Made by a program: the position numbers and the translations under genes. A stretch of 64,000 nucleotides of DNA from an uncultured Pelagibacteraceae bacterium (GTDB lineage Bacteria; Pseudomonadota; Alphaproteobacteria; Pelagibacterales; Pelagibacteraceae): contig CACNEM010000003.1 of NCBI GenBank assembly GCA_902619495.1, positions 48,854 through 112,853 of the forward strand. The letters are read 5' to 3'. The notes beneath the pieces were generated by a model. The model was not told the origin of the DNA. It ran no database searches and saw only the letters and a program-made list of their open reading frames with translations. This document shows positions 28,233 through 38,630 of the stretch, piece after piece (positions within the stretch are counted from its first letter, which is position 1; each line of letters starts with the position of its first letter).

Positions 28233-29461
28233 CTTGTATATGAACCTAATTTTTGTTTAATAATATCTTTATCTTTAAGACTATCGCCACAAGAATTAAC
28301 AATAATAACATCAGACGATTTTAATTTAGGGGCTAATTTTATTGCTTCAGCAAAAGCATGTGATGGTTCAAGTGATGGAGAAATATTTTCAAATTTTGAA
28401 ACTAGTTTATAAGCGTTAAGAGCTTCTTCATCACTTGCAGAAGTATATTTAGCTCTTTTCGAGTCTTTAAGAAAACAGTGTAGACTTGAAATCCCCGGGT
28501 AATCCAGTCCAGCTGAAATTGACTCTGTTCTTCCTATTTGTCCTTCATTATCTTGAATTACATACTGCGCTGATCCATGAAGGATGCCAATTTTTGAGCC
28601 ATTAGTTAATGGGGCAGCATGTAACTTGCTATTTTTCGGGCCGCCAGCTTCAATTCCTATAAATTGTGCATCAGTATCCATAAATTCATTCCAAAATCCC
28701 ATAGCGGAGCTTCCTCCACCAACGCAATTAAGGAGTTTCATTTTCTTTGGAACTTTTCCAAATTCCTCTTTCACTTGTATCATCAATTCTCGTGAAATTT
28801 GAGCTGTGCTCCAAGCACAGATTTTTACAAAAATATTAGGACCAACTGTTGATCCGACACACATATGTGTTGTATCGCAGTTAGCAACCCAGTAACGCAT
28901 ACACTCACTCACGGCATCAACGAGTGTCTGACTTCCAGTTGTAACAGGAACTATTTCTGCTCCATTTTTTTTCATAGCTTCAACATTAGGCCTTTGTCGT
29001 TTAATATCCTTTGATCCCATAAAAATTTTACACTTAAGACCAAATTTTTTAGCAGCCATTGAAAGCATCTTCCCTGCATAACCAGCTCCTGTATCACCAA
29101 CAATAAATTTTTTACCTGCTTTTTTTGCAATCAAACAATGTACAGTAGCATTATAAATCTTGTGAGCTCCTCCATTAGCCTCAGAGACTACTTTTGCATA
29201 AATTTGAGCTCCTCCAAGATGATCTGTTAAATTTTCTAGCTTTATAAATGGTGTAGGAGCCCCAATATAATTTTTAAAATGATAATCCCGTTCTTTTAAA
29301 AACTTCTTATCTTTTCTTAGTTTTGAAAAAAGTTTTGTTAAATCATCGATGGGTTTTTTCAAAGTTTCTGGTATGAAATTACCTCCAAATTTTCCTCCAT
29401 ACATGAAGTTTTTATCATGCTGATCAATTAGGGGTACACCTTTTTTAATTTTTAGTTTCAT
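28229..29461 (-). CDS. trpB: tryptophan synthase beta chain (divergent active site)
   Basis: GAHK PLP Lys, CVGGGS, SISAGLDYPG; located between trpF and trpA. Confidence 0.9.
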   Translation of the reverse strand: MKLKIKKGVPLIDQHDKNFMYGGKFGGNFIPETLKKPIDDLTKLFSKLRKDKKFLKERDYHFKNYIGAPTPFIKLENLTDHLGGAQIYAKVVSEANGGAHKIYNATVHCLIAKKAGKKFIVGDTGAGYAGKMLSMAAKKFGLKCKIFMGSKDIKRQRPNVEAMKKNGAEIVPVTTGSQTLVDAVSECMRYWVANCDTTHMCVGSTVGPNIFVKICAWSTAQISRELMIQVKEEFGKVPKKMKLLNCVGGGSSAMGFWNEFMDTDAQFIGIEAGGPKNSKLHAAPLTNGSKIGILHGSAQYVIQDNEGQIGRTESISAGLDYPGISSLHCFLKDSKRAKYTSASDEEALNAYKLVSKFENISPSLEPSHAFAEAIKLAPKLKSSDVIIVNSCGDSLKDKDIIKQKLGSYTR

Positions 29462-30059
29462 TAACTTTGTTTATAAATTTTTTTATTTTTTGGTGATCTT
29501 TGTATCCTATTTCAGCATCTGTTTCCAAGTTACTCGATAGATCACAAAAGGTAACTCCTAATTTCTTTATATTTTCAATATTATTTTGAGAAATTGATCC
29601 TGCTAGAGCAAACCGCTCTCCTTTAGGCAGTTTCGAGATCAACTCTTTAGGGAATTCAATAGATTTTTCCATACCAGGGGTGTCAAATAAAATGATATCA
29701 GCATTTTCATATTTTTTATATTCCTCAATATCGGTTTCGTCTTTTATTTTTATAGCTTTAATAATTTTTAGCCCCATTGATTTTATTTCTTTAATCCTCT
29801 CATTAGTTTCCGATCCATGAAGTTGTAAAAAGTCAAAATTATCTAGTACAACGTTTTTTATAAATTCATCGTTAGGATTAACTGTTACAGCTACAAATTT
29901 TGAATTTACTTTATTATAGCTTTTTAATTTTTCAATTTCCTTTATATTCACGTTTCTTGGAGACTTTGAATAAAAAACGAAACCTAAAAAATTTACCCCT
30001 AAGTCAATACAAAGCTGTACATCTCTGGCTGGGTGTAAGCCGCAAATTTTAACTTTCAT
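29445..30059 (-). CDS. trpF: phosphoribosylanthranilate isomerase
   Basis: VKICGL, GFVFYSKSPR, QLHGSE, LAG. Confidence 0.93.
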   Translation of the reverse strand: MKVKICGLHPARDVQLCIDLGVNFLGFVFYSKSPRNVNIKEIEKLKSYNKVNSKFVAVTVNPNDEFIKNVVLDNFDFLQLHGSETNERIKEIKSMGLKIIKAIKIKDETDIEEYKKYENADIILFDTPGMEKSIEFPKELISKLPKGERFALAGSISQNNIENIKKLGVTFCDLSSNLETDAEIGYKDHQKIKKFINKVNETKN

Positions 30060-30060
30060 T

Positions 30061-30732
30061 TTACTTTAATTCATCAATAATTTTCTTAATATTTTTTTTT
30101 ATTTTTCCACTAGTAATACTTCTACCTATTACCAAAGATGTTGCTCCATTTTGAAATGCTTGCTTGGGTGTCATCGTTCTTTTTTGATCATCTTTTCTGT
30201 CTCCTAACATTCTAATTCCTGGAGTAATTATTTCTTTTTTAAAGACTCTTTTTACTATTTTGACTTCATGGGGACTGCACACAATTGCATCTAATTTAGC
30301 TTTAGTAGCTAACCTAGCTTGTTGAGACACTAATTTCCTCACATCTTTATTAAATCCAATTTCTCTTAAAGATTTGTTGTCAAGCGAAGTCAGAATAGTG
30401 ACACCAATTAATTTAGTTTTTCCGGAAACTTTTTTAGCAGCTTTCAAAGCATTCAAGCCTGAACTAATATGAATAGTAATATAATTTAATTTTAAATCTT
30501 TTACAGCTTTTATCGTAGATGCACAGGTATTTGGTATGTCTGCTATTTTATAATCTCCAAATGTTATTTTATTTTTTAATCCTGCTACAAATTTCCTACC
30601 GTGAATAGAATTTAAAAATTCAAGACCAAATTTATAACCAAATTTTATTTTAGAATTATGTGACTCTTTCATTATATACTTTATTTTTTTAGGATTAGTT
30701 GAGTCTAAGGCAATAAAAATTTTTGGTATCAT
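30061..30732 (-). CDS. pyrF: orotidine-5'-phosphate decarboxylase
   Basis: IALD, DYKIADIPNT, VTILTS, TPGIR, DDQKR, VIGRSIT. Confidence 0.95.
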   Translation of the reverse strand: MIPKIFIALDSTNPKKIKYIMKESHNSKIKFGYKFGLEFLNSIHGRKFVAGLKNKITFGDYKIADIPNTCASTIKAVKDLKLNYITIHISSGLNALKAAKKVSGKTKLIGVTILTSLDNKSLREIGFNKDVRKLVSQQARLATKAKLDAIVCSPHEVKIVKRVFKKEIITPGIRMLGDRKDDQKRTMTPKQAFQNGATSLVIGRSITSGKIKKNIKKIIDELK

Positions 30733-31010
30733 TTGTTTATTAATTCCTGTAGTTTTTTACTGACTTTAAATCTTACCTTATTTTTTTCTGGAACATAAAT
30801 TAATTCTCCAGTTTTTGGATTTCTAGCAGAGTGTTTTTCTTTAATCTTTTTTACAAAAAAGGTACCGAAACCTCGTATCTCAACTTTTTTTCCAACAATA
30901 AAAGCTTCTTTTAAACTTTTACAAATTGTTTCAATAACTTCTTTTATTTCAATGTGATTTAATTCAGGATTTTTCTGTTTTAATTGCTTTATTAACTTGT
31001 TATCAGGCAA
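30729..31010 (-). CDS. ihfB: integration host factor beta (HU family)
   Basis: VEIRGFGTF, ARNPKTGE; follows rpsA. Confidence 0.88.
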   Translation of the reverse strand: MPDNKLIKQLKQKNPELNHIEIKEVIETICKSLKEAFIVGKKVEIRGFGTFFVKKIKEKHSARNPKTGELIYVPEKNKVRFKVSKKLQELINK

Positions 31011-32732
31011 CTACTTTTCTTTTTTTCCTTTTTTTCCGATAGCTTTTTCAAATATACCTTTAAGAGTTGCTCCAGATTTAGTAGCACCTTCACCAAATTT
31101 AGCAATTAGTGATTTTTCTTCATCAATTTGAGCCGCTTTGACACTTAGTTTCACTCTTCTAGTTTTTAAATCGAATTCAGTAATTTTTGCGTCAAGCGCA
31201 TTTCCTGGTGAAAAAACTTCGGGTCTAGCATCTGCAGCATCTTTCGCTAAATCAACTTTTCTAATTAATACAATTAATTTCTTATCTTTATCTATTGAAA
31301 CTTTTACGCCTGTTTTAAGTACTTCATGTATTCTGGTAGTAACAACGTCTCCAACTTTTTTCTTGTTATCTTTAAACCAATCTAAAGGATCTTTATCTAA
31401 AGCACGTTTTGAAAACTTAATTTTTTCATCTTTTATCTCTAAAATCATTACCTCAATTGTATCGTTCTTTTTAAACTTCTTTAGATCTTCAATATTTTCT
31501 TGGTAAGATATTTCTTTATAATGCAACATTCCAGACAGACCTACCTCGATTATATCCGCAAAAATCGCTTTGTCTGTAATGTTATTAATTTTAACTTTAA
31601 CTTTTTTACCAATTTCACTTTTTATTTTGTCCCAAGGATTATCTAGAGTTGCTTTATAAGAAAGCGATATTCTTTTTGTTTCTTTATCAATATTGACGAT
31701 TTTAAATTTAATTTTTTGAGAAACAGAAAGAACTTTACTTGGTTTAATATTTCTATTAGTCCAATCTAATTCAGAGTTATGAATTAATCCTTCAATTCCA
31801 TCTTCAATTTTTACAAAACAACCATAATCCATTATTTTAGTAACTACTCCCTCATAAAATTCTCCAATTTTGTAATTTTTTTCAATATTTGCGTAAGGAT
31901 CTTCTGTGAGAGCTTTCACTGATGCTGAAACTCTATTAGTCTTGCCATCAATTTTTGTAATTTTCACTTTCAGTTTCTGACCAATATTAACTAAATCTGA
32001 TGGCCTTTTTACTCTGCCGTGACTTAAGTCAGAAACATGAAGAAGCGCATCAACTCCATTGATATCTAAAAATATACCCCAGTCAGTTGTTGCTTTCACT
32101 ATTGCATTTTCAATAATGTCGCCTTCTTTAATATTTTTGAGAGCCTTAGTAATTTCAGCATTTTTACTTTTTTCTAACACCGCTCTTCTTGAAACACAAA
32201 CATTACCTCTATTCTTATCTAATCTAGTTGCAATTACTTTAACAGGCGTATTCATTAAATGATCAATTTTTTTTAAAGGACGCACATCAATTTGTGATGA
32301 CGGCATGAAACAAGGCAAACCTTCGACTGTGGTAATGAAACCCCCTTTTACCTTTCCAGTTATATAACCTGTCATTTCTTCTTGAGTTTCAAAAACTTTC
32401 TCCATCTTACGCCAAGCCTTGAATTTACGTGCCTTATCTCTTGATATGATTATTTCACCTTTAAAACTCTCAATCCTTTCAAGATAAACATCAATTTTAG
32501 ATCCTACTTTTAACTTTGAAAGTTCATCGTCATTTTTAAATTCTTCTATTGGGATCATTCCTTCCATTTTTGCTTTACAATCAACAACCACAAAATTTTT
32601 TGTGATCTCAGTCACAGTAGCTTTAATTATTTCGTTTTCTTTGAGTTTTCTGTCCTTGAAATCTTGATCCAAAAGGCTTTGAAATTCTTTATGTAAAGGA
32701 TTGTTTTTTTTTAGTTCTTGTTCACTTGCCAT
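31011..32732 (-). CDS. rpsA: 30S ribosomal protein S1
   Basis: Multiple S1 repeats; follows cmk. Confidence 0.96.
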   Translation of the reverse strand: MASEQELKKNNPLHKEFQSLLDQDFKDRKLKENEIIKATVTEITKNFVVVDCKAKMEGMIPIEEFKNDDELSKLKVGSKIDVYLERIESFKGEIIISRDKARKFKAWRKMEKVFETQEEMTGYITGKVKGGFITTVEGLPCFMPSSQIDVRPLKKIDHLMNTPVKVIATRLDKNRGNVCVSRRAVLEKSKNAEITKALKNIKEGDIIENAIVKATTDWGIFLDINGVDALLHVSDLSHGRVKRPSDLVNIGQKLKVKITKIDGKTNRVSASVKALTEDPYANIEKNYKIGEFYEGVVTKIMDYGCFVKIEDGIEGLIHNSELDWTNRNIKPSKVLSVSQKIKFKIVNIDKETKRISLSYKATLDNPWDKIKSEIGKKVKVKINNITDKAIFADIIEVGLSGMLHYKEISYQENIEDLKKFKKNDTIEVMILEIKDEKIKFSKRALDKDPLDWFKDNKKKVGDVVTTRIHEVLKTGVKVSIDKDKKLIVLIRKVDLAKDAADARPEVFSPGNALDAKITEFDLKTRRVKLSVKAAQIDEEKSLIAKFGEGATKSGATLKGIFEKAIGKKGKKEK

Positions 32733-33378
32733 ATTTGTTTTTAATTACTCTTTCTGTAAATTTAGACATTTTCGCTAACATTGCTTGCTTACCTAATTTA
32801 CCGGTGTCGATAGATACCGAATCCCGATGTTTAAGTAAAGGGCTGTTTTTTCTTTTTATATCTGAAATATTCCTTATTCTTAAGGCTTTTTTGACATTAT
32901 TAAAATTTATATTTGGATTAGTTTTTTTTAATTCTTTAAACCTTCTTTTAGCTGCAATATTTAAACTACACTTAAAAAAAAATTTTAGATCAGAATTAGG
33001 TATTATTTTTGTAGAAATATCTCTTCCCTCAATGCAACAACGTTTATTTTTCTTTGAAAAGCTTACTTGATACTTTTTTAAAATTTTTCGTAGGCTCCCA
33101 ATTTTAGCAATAACAGCGCTATGTTCAGAAATTTTAGGTGTATGCAAGTTCATTTTATTTAATTTTTTATGATCTAGTTTTTTAAATTTACTGTTTAAAA
33201 ATTTAATTTTATTTCTTGGATTATATTTAAGAATTAAAAAGCTAGCATACCTATAAAGTAAGCCGGAAGACAAAAATTTTAAACCATATTTTTTGGATAT
33301 CATTTTTGCTCCAGTAGATTTTCCAGTTGCAGCACCCCCATCACAAGAAATTTGTAATGACTTATTTTTGAATTTCAA
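32722..33378 (-). CDS. cmk: cytidylate kinase
   Basis: DG..ATGKST, SGLLYR, EGRDI, R..SPL. Confidence 0.92.
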   Translation of the reverse strand: MKFKNKSLQISCDGGAATGKSTGAKMISKKYGLKFLSSGLLYRYASFLILKYNPRNKIKFLNSKFKKLDHKKLNKMNLHTPKISEHSAVIAKIGSLRKILKKYQVSFSKKNKRCCIEGRDISTKIIPNSDLKFFFKCSLNIAAKRRFKELKKTNPNINFNNVKKALRIRNISDIKRKNSPLLKHRDSVSIDTGKLGKQAMLAKMSKFTERVIKNKYGK

Positions 33379-34708
33379 ATTTTGCTCCTAAAGTTTTCAT
33401 TATTTTTAAAAAAGAGGGAGATGAAGTATAAACTGTTTCGAAATTTTTTATTCGCACTTTAGCTCCAGTCAAACAAGCAAGAACAAATGATGACATACAT
33501 ATTCTATGATCACCTATATTTGGAACTAAGATTTTTTTATTACTAGCATCCATCATTCCCTTCCCAAAAATTTTAAAATTTTTTTTCGAAGATATACTTT
33601 TTATCCCAATTTGTTTTAAAATTTTTTGCATCTCTAATATTCTATTACTTTCTTTATTTGCTAAATCCTCAATACCTTTAAAAATAGAAATACCCTTTGT
33701 AAGTGCAGCAATAACAAAGAGTATTGGATACTCATCAGTTGAATTGACATAGTATTCTTTCGATGCTTTAATAGGTTTAATTTTACTATTCTTAATAATA
33801 ATGTTTCCACGAAATTCGTTATTTTCTCTTTTTACATTTGAAAAATTTATTTTCGCTCCTTGTTTTTTTAGCAGTCTATAAAAACCAATCCTAGTAGGAT
33901 TTAATCCTACATTTTTAATTTTAAGAAAAGAATTTTTGTTCATTATAGTCAAGGCTGTGAAAAATGCAGCAGATGAGGGGTCGCCAGGTATATTCATATT
34001 AATAGGATTCAAAAATTTTTTACCTAAAATCTTAATATGTTTTATTTTATTATTTTTTACTTTGATTGATTGGGTATTCTTTAATAAGATATTTTCGGTA
34101 TGGTCTCTACTTTTCATCGTTTCAGAAATATTAGTTTCTCCAAAAGAATTTAAACCTGCGAAAATTACTGCACTTTTAAGCTGAGCAGATACACCTGCTT
34201 CATAATTTGTTCCAATAGGTATTTCAGATGAAATTAATTTTAGAGGAAAGGTAAATTTGTTTTTTGGTGTAAAAAAAGCTCCGAATTGTGACATCAGCTC
34301 AATTAAATTTTTCATACTCCTTTTATTTAAAGATTGATCCCCTTTCATTTTAATTTCAATATTTGGAGTTGTAGATAAAATACCTATTAAAAGTCTCGCT
34401 AAAGTTCCAGAATTTCCAAAATTTAGTTCAGCATTTTTTTTTATATTTAAAGATCCTAAACCTTTGCCAAAAATTTGATAATCATTTTTTCTCTGTTTTT
34501 TGATTTTAACTCCTAATTTTTTAAGACAATCAATAGTTGATTTTACATCTTCTGATTCTAAAACATTTTTAGCAGAGGAAATATTATGACTTATAGCTCC
34601 AATTAGAAAAGATCTAATGGACATTGATTTATCAGAGTCTACTATTATTGTTTTTTTAAATGGTTTAATTGAACTTTTAATTAATAAATTAAAACTTTTT
34701 GTTAACAT
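33362..34708 (-). CDS. aroA: EPSP synthase
   Basis: DKSMS.R, GNSGT.ARL, SAQLKSA, SRDHTE, PGDPSSA, KESNR, DHRI.M. Confidence 0.95.
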   Translation of the reverse strand: MLTKSFNLLIKSSIKPFKKTIIVDSDKSMSIRSFLIGAISHNISSAKNVLESEDVKSTIDCLKKLGVKIKKQRKNDYQIFGKGLGSLNIKKNAELNFGNSGTLARLLIGILSTTPNIEIKMKGDQSLNKRSMKNLIELMSQFGAFFTPKNKFTFPLKLISSEIPIGTNYEAGVSAQLKSAVIFAGLNSFGETNISETMKSRDHTENILLKNTQSIKVKNNKIKHIKILGKKFLNPINMNIPGDPSSAAFFTALTIMNKNSFLKIKNVGLNPTRIGFYRLLKKQGAKINFSNVKRENNEFRGNIIIKNSKIKPIKASKEYYVNSTDEYPILFVIAALTKGISIFKGIEDLANKESNRILEMQKILKQIGIKSISSKKNFKIFGKGMMDASNKKILVPNIGDHRICMSSFVLACLTGAKVRIKNFETVYTSSPSFLKIMKTLGAKFEIQK

Positions 34709-34713
34709 TATTT

Positions 34714-35469
34714 CTACGAAAACTGTGATCCGAAATAATGCTCTATCGCTTTTGATGACTTCAGCAACTCTCTTGATGTTCCTTCAGCTATAACGGTTTG
34801 TTCACCAAGAACATAACTTCGATCAGTAATATCAAATAAATTTTTTACATTATGGTCGGTAATAAGTATTGAAGTTCCAGTAGATTGAATTTTCATTATA
34901 TACTTTTGAATATCTTGAATTACTATCGGGTCTAAGGCAGCTAGAGGTTCGTCAAGTAAAACAATTTTTGGTTTATTTATCATTACCCTTGCCATCATCA
35001 ATCTCCTAATTTCTCCACCAGATAAAACTGAAGCGTTTAAAGTTCTCAAATGCTGCAAATTAAATTCATCTAAAAGTTTTTCGGTAATAGCCTTTTGACT
35101 TTGAGTATCTTTAATTGAAATTTGTGCTATTCCAATTATATTATCATATACAGACATATCGAATACAGTTCTTTGTTGAGGTAAATAACCTAGACCCTCT
35201 TTAGATCTTAAATGAATAGGTATTGTTTCGATTGATTTATTATTTAAAAAAATTTTTCCTCCATCAAGATTTTGTTCACCTATGCACATAGAAAACAAAG
35301 TAGTTTTACCACAACCATTGGGACCTAAAACTCCTACACATTCACCAGGGTAGACTTTAAGTGAAAGTTTTTTTAAAATAGGCCTACCATCAAATGATTT
35401 ACTTAAATCTTTTATTTCAAAAATTGGTCTATCTTTTTTAAACTTTAGTATTCTAAATCCTTTTTTCAT
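34714..35469 (-). CDS. lptB: LPS export ABC transporter ATP-binding protein
   Basis: GPNGCGKTT, GLGYLPQ, LSGGE.RR, LLDEP.A.LDP, LITDHNV. Confidence 0.9.
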   Translation of the reverse strand: MKKGFRILKFKKDRPIFEIKDLSKSFDGRPILKKLSLKVYPGECVGVLGPNGCGKTTLFSMCIGEQNLDGGKIFLNNKSIETIPIHLRSKEGLGYLPQQRTVFDMSVYDNIIGIAQISIKDTQSQKAITEKLLDEFNLQHLRTLNASVLSGGEIRRLMMARVMINKPKIVLLDEPLAALDPIVIQDIQKYIMKIQSTGTSILITDHNVKNLFDITDRSYVLGEQTVIAEGTSRELLKSSKAIEHYFGSQFS

Positions 35470-36065
35470 TTAAGTTTAATATTAGCGTTTATTTTATTTT
35501 CTTCAAATGTAGAAATATCTACAGTTTGATTTTTTATATCAAATAAAATCTTGTCAGCATACATTGTTCCCATTTCATCATCAATTTTTACCTTTTGAGA
35601 TATTGTCAAAAAGCTTGATGAATTTACATACTCAGCCTTATCAGCAAAAAGCAAACTATTCTCGTAATTTGCTTTGATATTACCTAAAAATACCATATCA
35701 AGAGTATTATTATTATAAATTCCTTTATCAGAGATTACTTTTAGTACTTTATTGTTTTTAAAATAAAAAGTAGCCTCAACGGACTTCATGTTAACAATAT
35801 CCTTATTCGTTTTATTGTTTGTTGCTTCTTCCGATTTCAATATATATCGATTTCCTGCAAGATCTAAACCAGAATATTCAATATTGTAAAATACATCTCC
35901 TTTAGACGTATTTTCATTAGTTTTTAAAATTTCTTTTTGAGTCTCTACGTTAAAAATTTTGTTTTTTTGACCTTTTTTGTCTAAGTAGTAAGTAAATAAA
36001 ATGATTAAACTTCCAATAATTATTAATGAGATTTGAACTACTCTTAGTTTTTTTGTTCGATCCAT
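35466..36065 (-). CDS. lptC: LPS export protein LptC-like
   Basis: Single N-terminal TM plus beta-rich periplasmic domain, between kdsD and lptB. Confidence 0.75.
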   Translation of the reverse strand: MDRTKKLRVVQISLIIIGSLIILFTYYLDKKGQKNKIFNVETQKEILKTNENTSKGDVFYNIEYSGLDLAGNRYILKSEEATNNKTNKDIVNMKSVEATFYFKNNKVLKVISDKGIYNNNTLDMVFLGNIKANYENSLLFADKAEYVNSSSFLTISQKVKIDDEMGTMYADKILFDIKNQTVDISTFEENKINANIKLK

Positions 36066-37042
36066 TATTTAATCCCGTATTTTAATAGCGAGTGAATATG
36101 TATAACACCTTTAAGTGTTTTATTTTTCTTCTTTAAATCCTTATCTGAAACAACAAGCAAACTAGTTATCTTTCTTTCATTCATAATTGCTAATGCTTTT
36201 GAAGCAGTCATATTCTCATTTACGACCGAGGGATTTTTGGTCATAAAATCTACAATCCTTCTCTTACTTGAGTAGTTTTTTAATTCTCTACGAAGATCAC
36301 CATCAGTCACTAAACCATTTATAAATTTATTTCTAATAATTACCAAGATACCCAGTTTTTTTTGGTTCATGACTTTAAGAGCCTCTCTAAAATTTTTTTT
36401 GAAGTTAAGAACAGGCATTTTACTTCCAGTTACCATGATATCTTTTGCTAATAATAATGATTCTCCTATATTTCCTCCTGGGTGAAATATTTTAAATTTT
36501 TCTTTTGAAAACTTTTTTTGATACATTACAGTTGTGGCAAGACAATCACCAAGGAGAAGTGTGATAGAAGTGCTAGTTGTGGGAACCATTCCGGTAATGT
36601 CTGCCTCTTTTACCTTAGGGAGAATTAATTTAACATCACTTGCTTTCAACAATAAACTATCTGGTTTAGAGGCTATTCCAATTACTTTTATACGATATCG
36701 ATTTGCGTATTTTATCATATTGGTTAACTCAGAAGTATTTCCAGAATATGAAAAAATTATTAATAAATCTTTCTTTTCAATTTGACCCATGTCTCCATGT
36801 AAAGCTTGGGCAGGGTCACAAAAAAAACTTGGTATACCCACGCTAGAAAAAGTTGCAGAAATCTTTTTACCAATAATTCCACTCTTTCCAATACCCGCAC
36901 AAATCACTTTTCCCTTACAACCTAGAATAAGATCAACCGCGTTAGCAAAAGAACTATTGAAAATTTTATTTATTTTTTTTAATTCTCCTATTTGAATGTT
37001 TGCAGCCCTTTTTGCTAAAGATATATAATTTTTTTTACTCAT
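36065..37042 (-). CDS. kdsD: arabinose-5-phosphate isomerase (KpsF/GutQ) with CBS domains
   Basis: GIGKSG, HGDMG, SYSG.T.E, PTTST, HPGG, TDGDLRR. Confidence 0.93.
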   Translation of the reverse strand: MSKKNYISLAKRAANIQIGELKKINKIFNSSFANAVDLILGCKGKVICAGIGKSGIIGKKISATFSSVGIPSFFCDPAQALHGDMGQIEKKDLLIIFSYSGNTSELTNMIKYANRYRIKVIGIASKPDSLLLKASDVKLILPKVKEADITGMVPTTSTSITLLLGDCLATTVMYQKKFSKEKFKIFHPGGNIGESLLLAKDIMVTGSKMPVLNFKKNFREALKVMNQKKLGILVIIRNKFINGLVTDGDLRRELKNYSSKRRIVDFMTKNPSVVNENMTASKALAIMNERKITSLLVVSDKDLKKKNKTLKGVIHIHSLLKYGIK

Positions 37043-37665
37043 TAATGCTGGAATATATCCTCCTTAAAACCTTTTTGATCTAACTCAACTCTTGTATCTA
37101 GAAAAGATAAACATTGTTTGAAAATATCCATCCTTTTTTCCCTTAAAAGCATATTCTCTAATTCGTTCTTTATTTTATGTAAATAGATTACATCGTTTGC
37201 AGCATATTCTAATTGTTTATCTGTAAGTTTGTTAATGTCTTTGTTCCAGTCGCTACTCCCTAACCTTTTATCAATTGATTTGTTACAAAACTCTTGTATT
37301 AAATTTTTAAGGCCATGAGCATCTGTATAAGTTCTTACGATTTTAGATGCTATTTTAGTATCAAAAATATTTTTTATTTTACACTTTAAAAAATATTCTA
37401 AAGCGTTTTTATCAAATCTTAAGAAGTGTCCAATTTTTAAAATTTTTTCATTGTTTAAAACAGAAACTAAATTAGGTGCTATATAATTGTCTTTATTAGG
37501 TTGGATTATGTAAACGTTTTGATTTTCGTCACATATTTGAATAAGACTCAACTTATCTCTCTCAGGAATCTGCAAACCAGTTGCCTCAGTGTCAATTGCA
37601 ATACTATTTTTAAATGAATTCGCTATCTCCGAAGTTATGTCCTCTTTAATCTTAGTTATTTTCAT
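37042..37665 (-). CDS. rnd: ribonuclease D (short DEDD 3'-5' exonuclease)
   Basis: AIDTEATGL, DTKIASK..RTYTD.HGLK, SSDW, YAANDV.YLH; start moved to 37665 to avoid overlap. Confidence 0.88.
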   Translation of the reverse strand: MKITKIKEDITSEIANSFKNSIAIDTEATGLQIPERDKLSLIQICDENQNVYIIQPNKDNYIAPNLVSVLNNEKILKIGHFLRFDKNALEYFLKCKIKNIFDTKIASKIVRTYTDAHGLKNLIQEFCNKSIDKRLGSSDWNKDINKLTDKQLEYAANDVIYLHKIKNELENMLLREKRMDIFKQCLSFLDTRVELDQKGFKEDIFQH

Positions 37666-37682
37666 ATATAAGTCTAAATACC

Positions 37683-38630
37683 ATGAAAAATCAAATTTGC
37701 ACAATTTTAGGTGGTGGAGGATTTATCGGAAAATATTTAGCCAGAAATATGACCAAGAAAAACTATAGGTGCATAATAACCACCAGAAATGCCTTCCAAA
37801 AAGGATATTTAAAAACTCAAGGAACACCAGGTTCAATTGAATTATTGGATTGGAATCCTAATAATTTTTCAGAATTGAAAGATGCTATTAAAAACTCAGA
37901 TATAGTTATTAATTTAATTGGTATTTTATTTGAAACAAGAAAACAAAAATTTTACAATATTCATTCAAGTATACCTGAATCAATTGCTAAAATTTGTTCT
38001 AACTCAGATGTTAAAAAATTTATTCATGTAAGCGCCATTGGAGCAAGTAGTCAGTCTAAATCAATTTATCAGAAATCAAAATATAAAGGAGAAGAAAAAG
38101 CTTTTGAAAATTTTAAAAAAACAGTTGTAGTCAGACCAAGTGTTGTATGTGGTACTGAAGATAATTTTACCAACTTATTTTCAAAATTAAGTTTTTTACC
38201 AGTTATTCCTTTAGTAGGAATTAACTACAAATTTCAACCTATTTTGGTAAATGATGTTGCTGACGCTATAGTAAAAATAATACAAACTCAAAATAATGAA
38301 GGTAAAATTTACGAATTAGGTGGCCCACAAATTATTAGTTTTGGTGATATGGTAAAATCTATTTTAAGAACAATTAATAAAAAAAGATTTGTAATTGATA
38401 TGCCAATGCCTATAGCAAAAATTCAAAGTAGTATTACAGATCTTTTACCTTTTCCGCCAATCTTAACAAGAGATCAGTGCGAGATTTTATCTGAGGCTGA
38501 TAATATTGTCTCAAATGATCATCTGACCCTAAGAGATCTTGATATAAAACCAATTAATGTTGAAGAGGCCATGAAAAAATGGTTGTGGAGATTTAAAAGC
38601 GGAGGACAATTCGCTAAAAAAAATTCTTAA
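37683..38630 (+). CDS. complex I NDUFA9-family NAD-dependent epimerase/SDR
   Basis: GGGGFIG, INLIGIL, HVSAIGA, Y..SK, RPSVV.G.ED, FQPI.V.DVA. Confidence 0.88.
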   Translation: MKNQICTILGGGGFIGKYLARNMTKKNYRCIITTRNAFQKGYLKTQGTPGSIELLDWNPNNFSELKDAIKNSDIVINLIGILFETRKQKFYNIHSSIPESIAKICSNSDVKKFIHVSAIGASSQSKSIYQKSKYKGEEKAFENFKKTVVVRPSVVCGTEDNFTNLFSKLSFLPVIPLVGINYKFQPILVNDVADAIVKIIQTQNNEGKIYELGGPQIISFGDMVKSILRTINKKRFVIDMPMPIAKIQSSITDLLPFPPILTRDQCEILSEADNIVSNDHLTLRDLDIKPINVEEAMKKWLWRFKSGGQFAKKNS

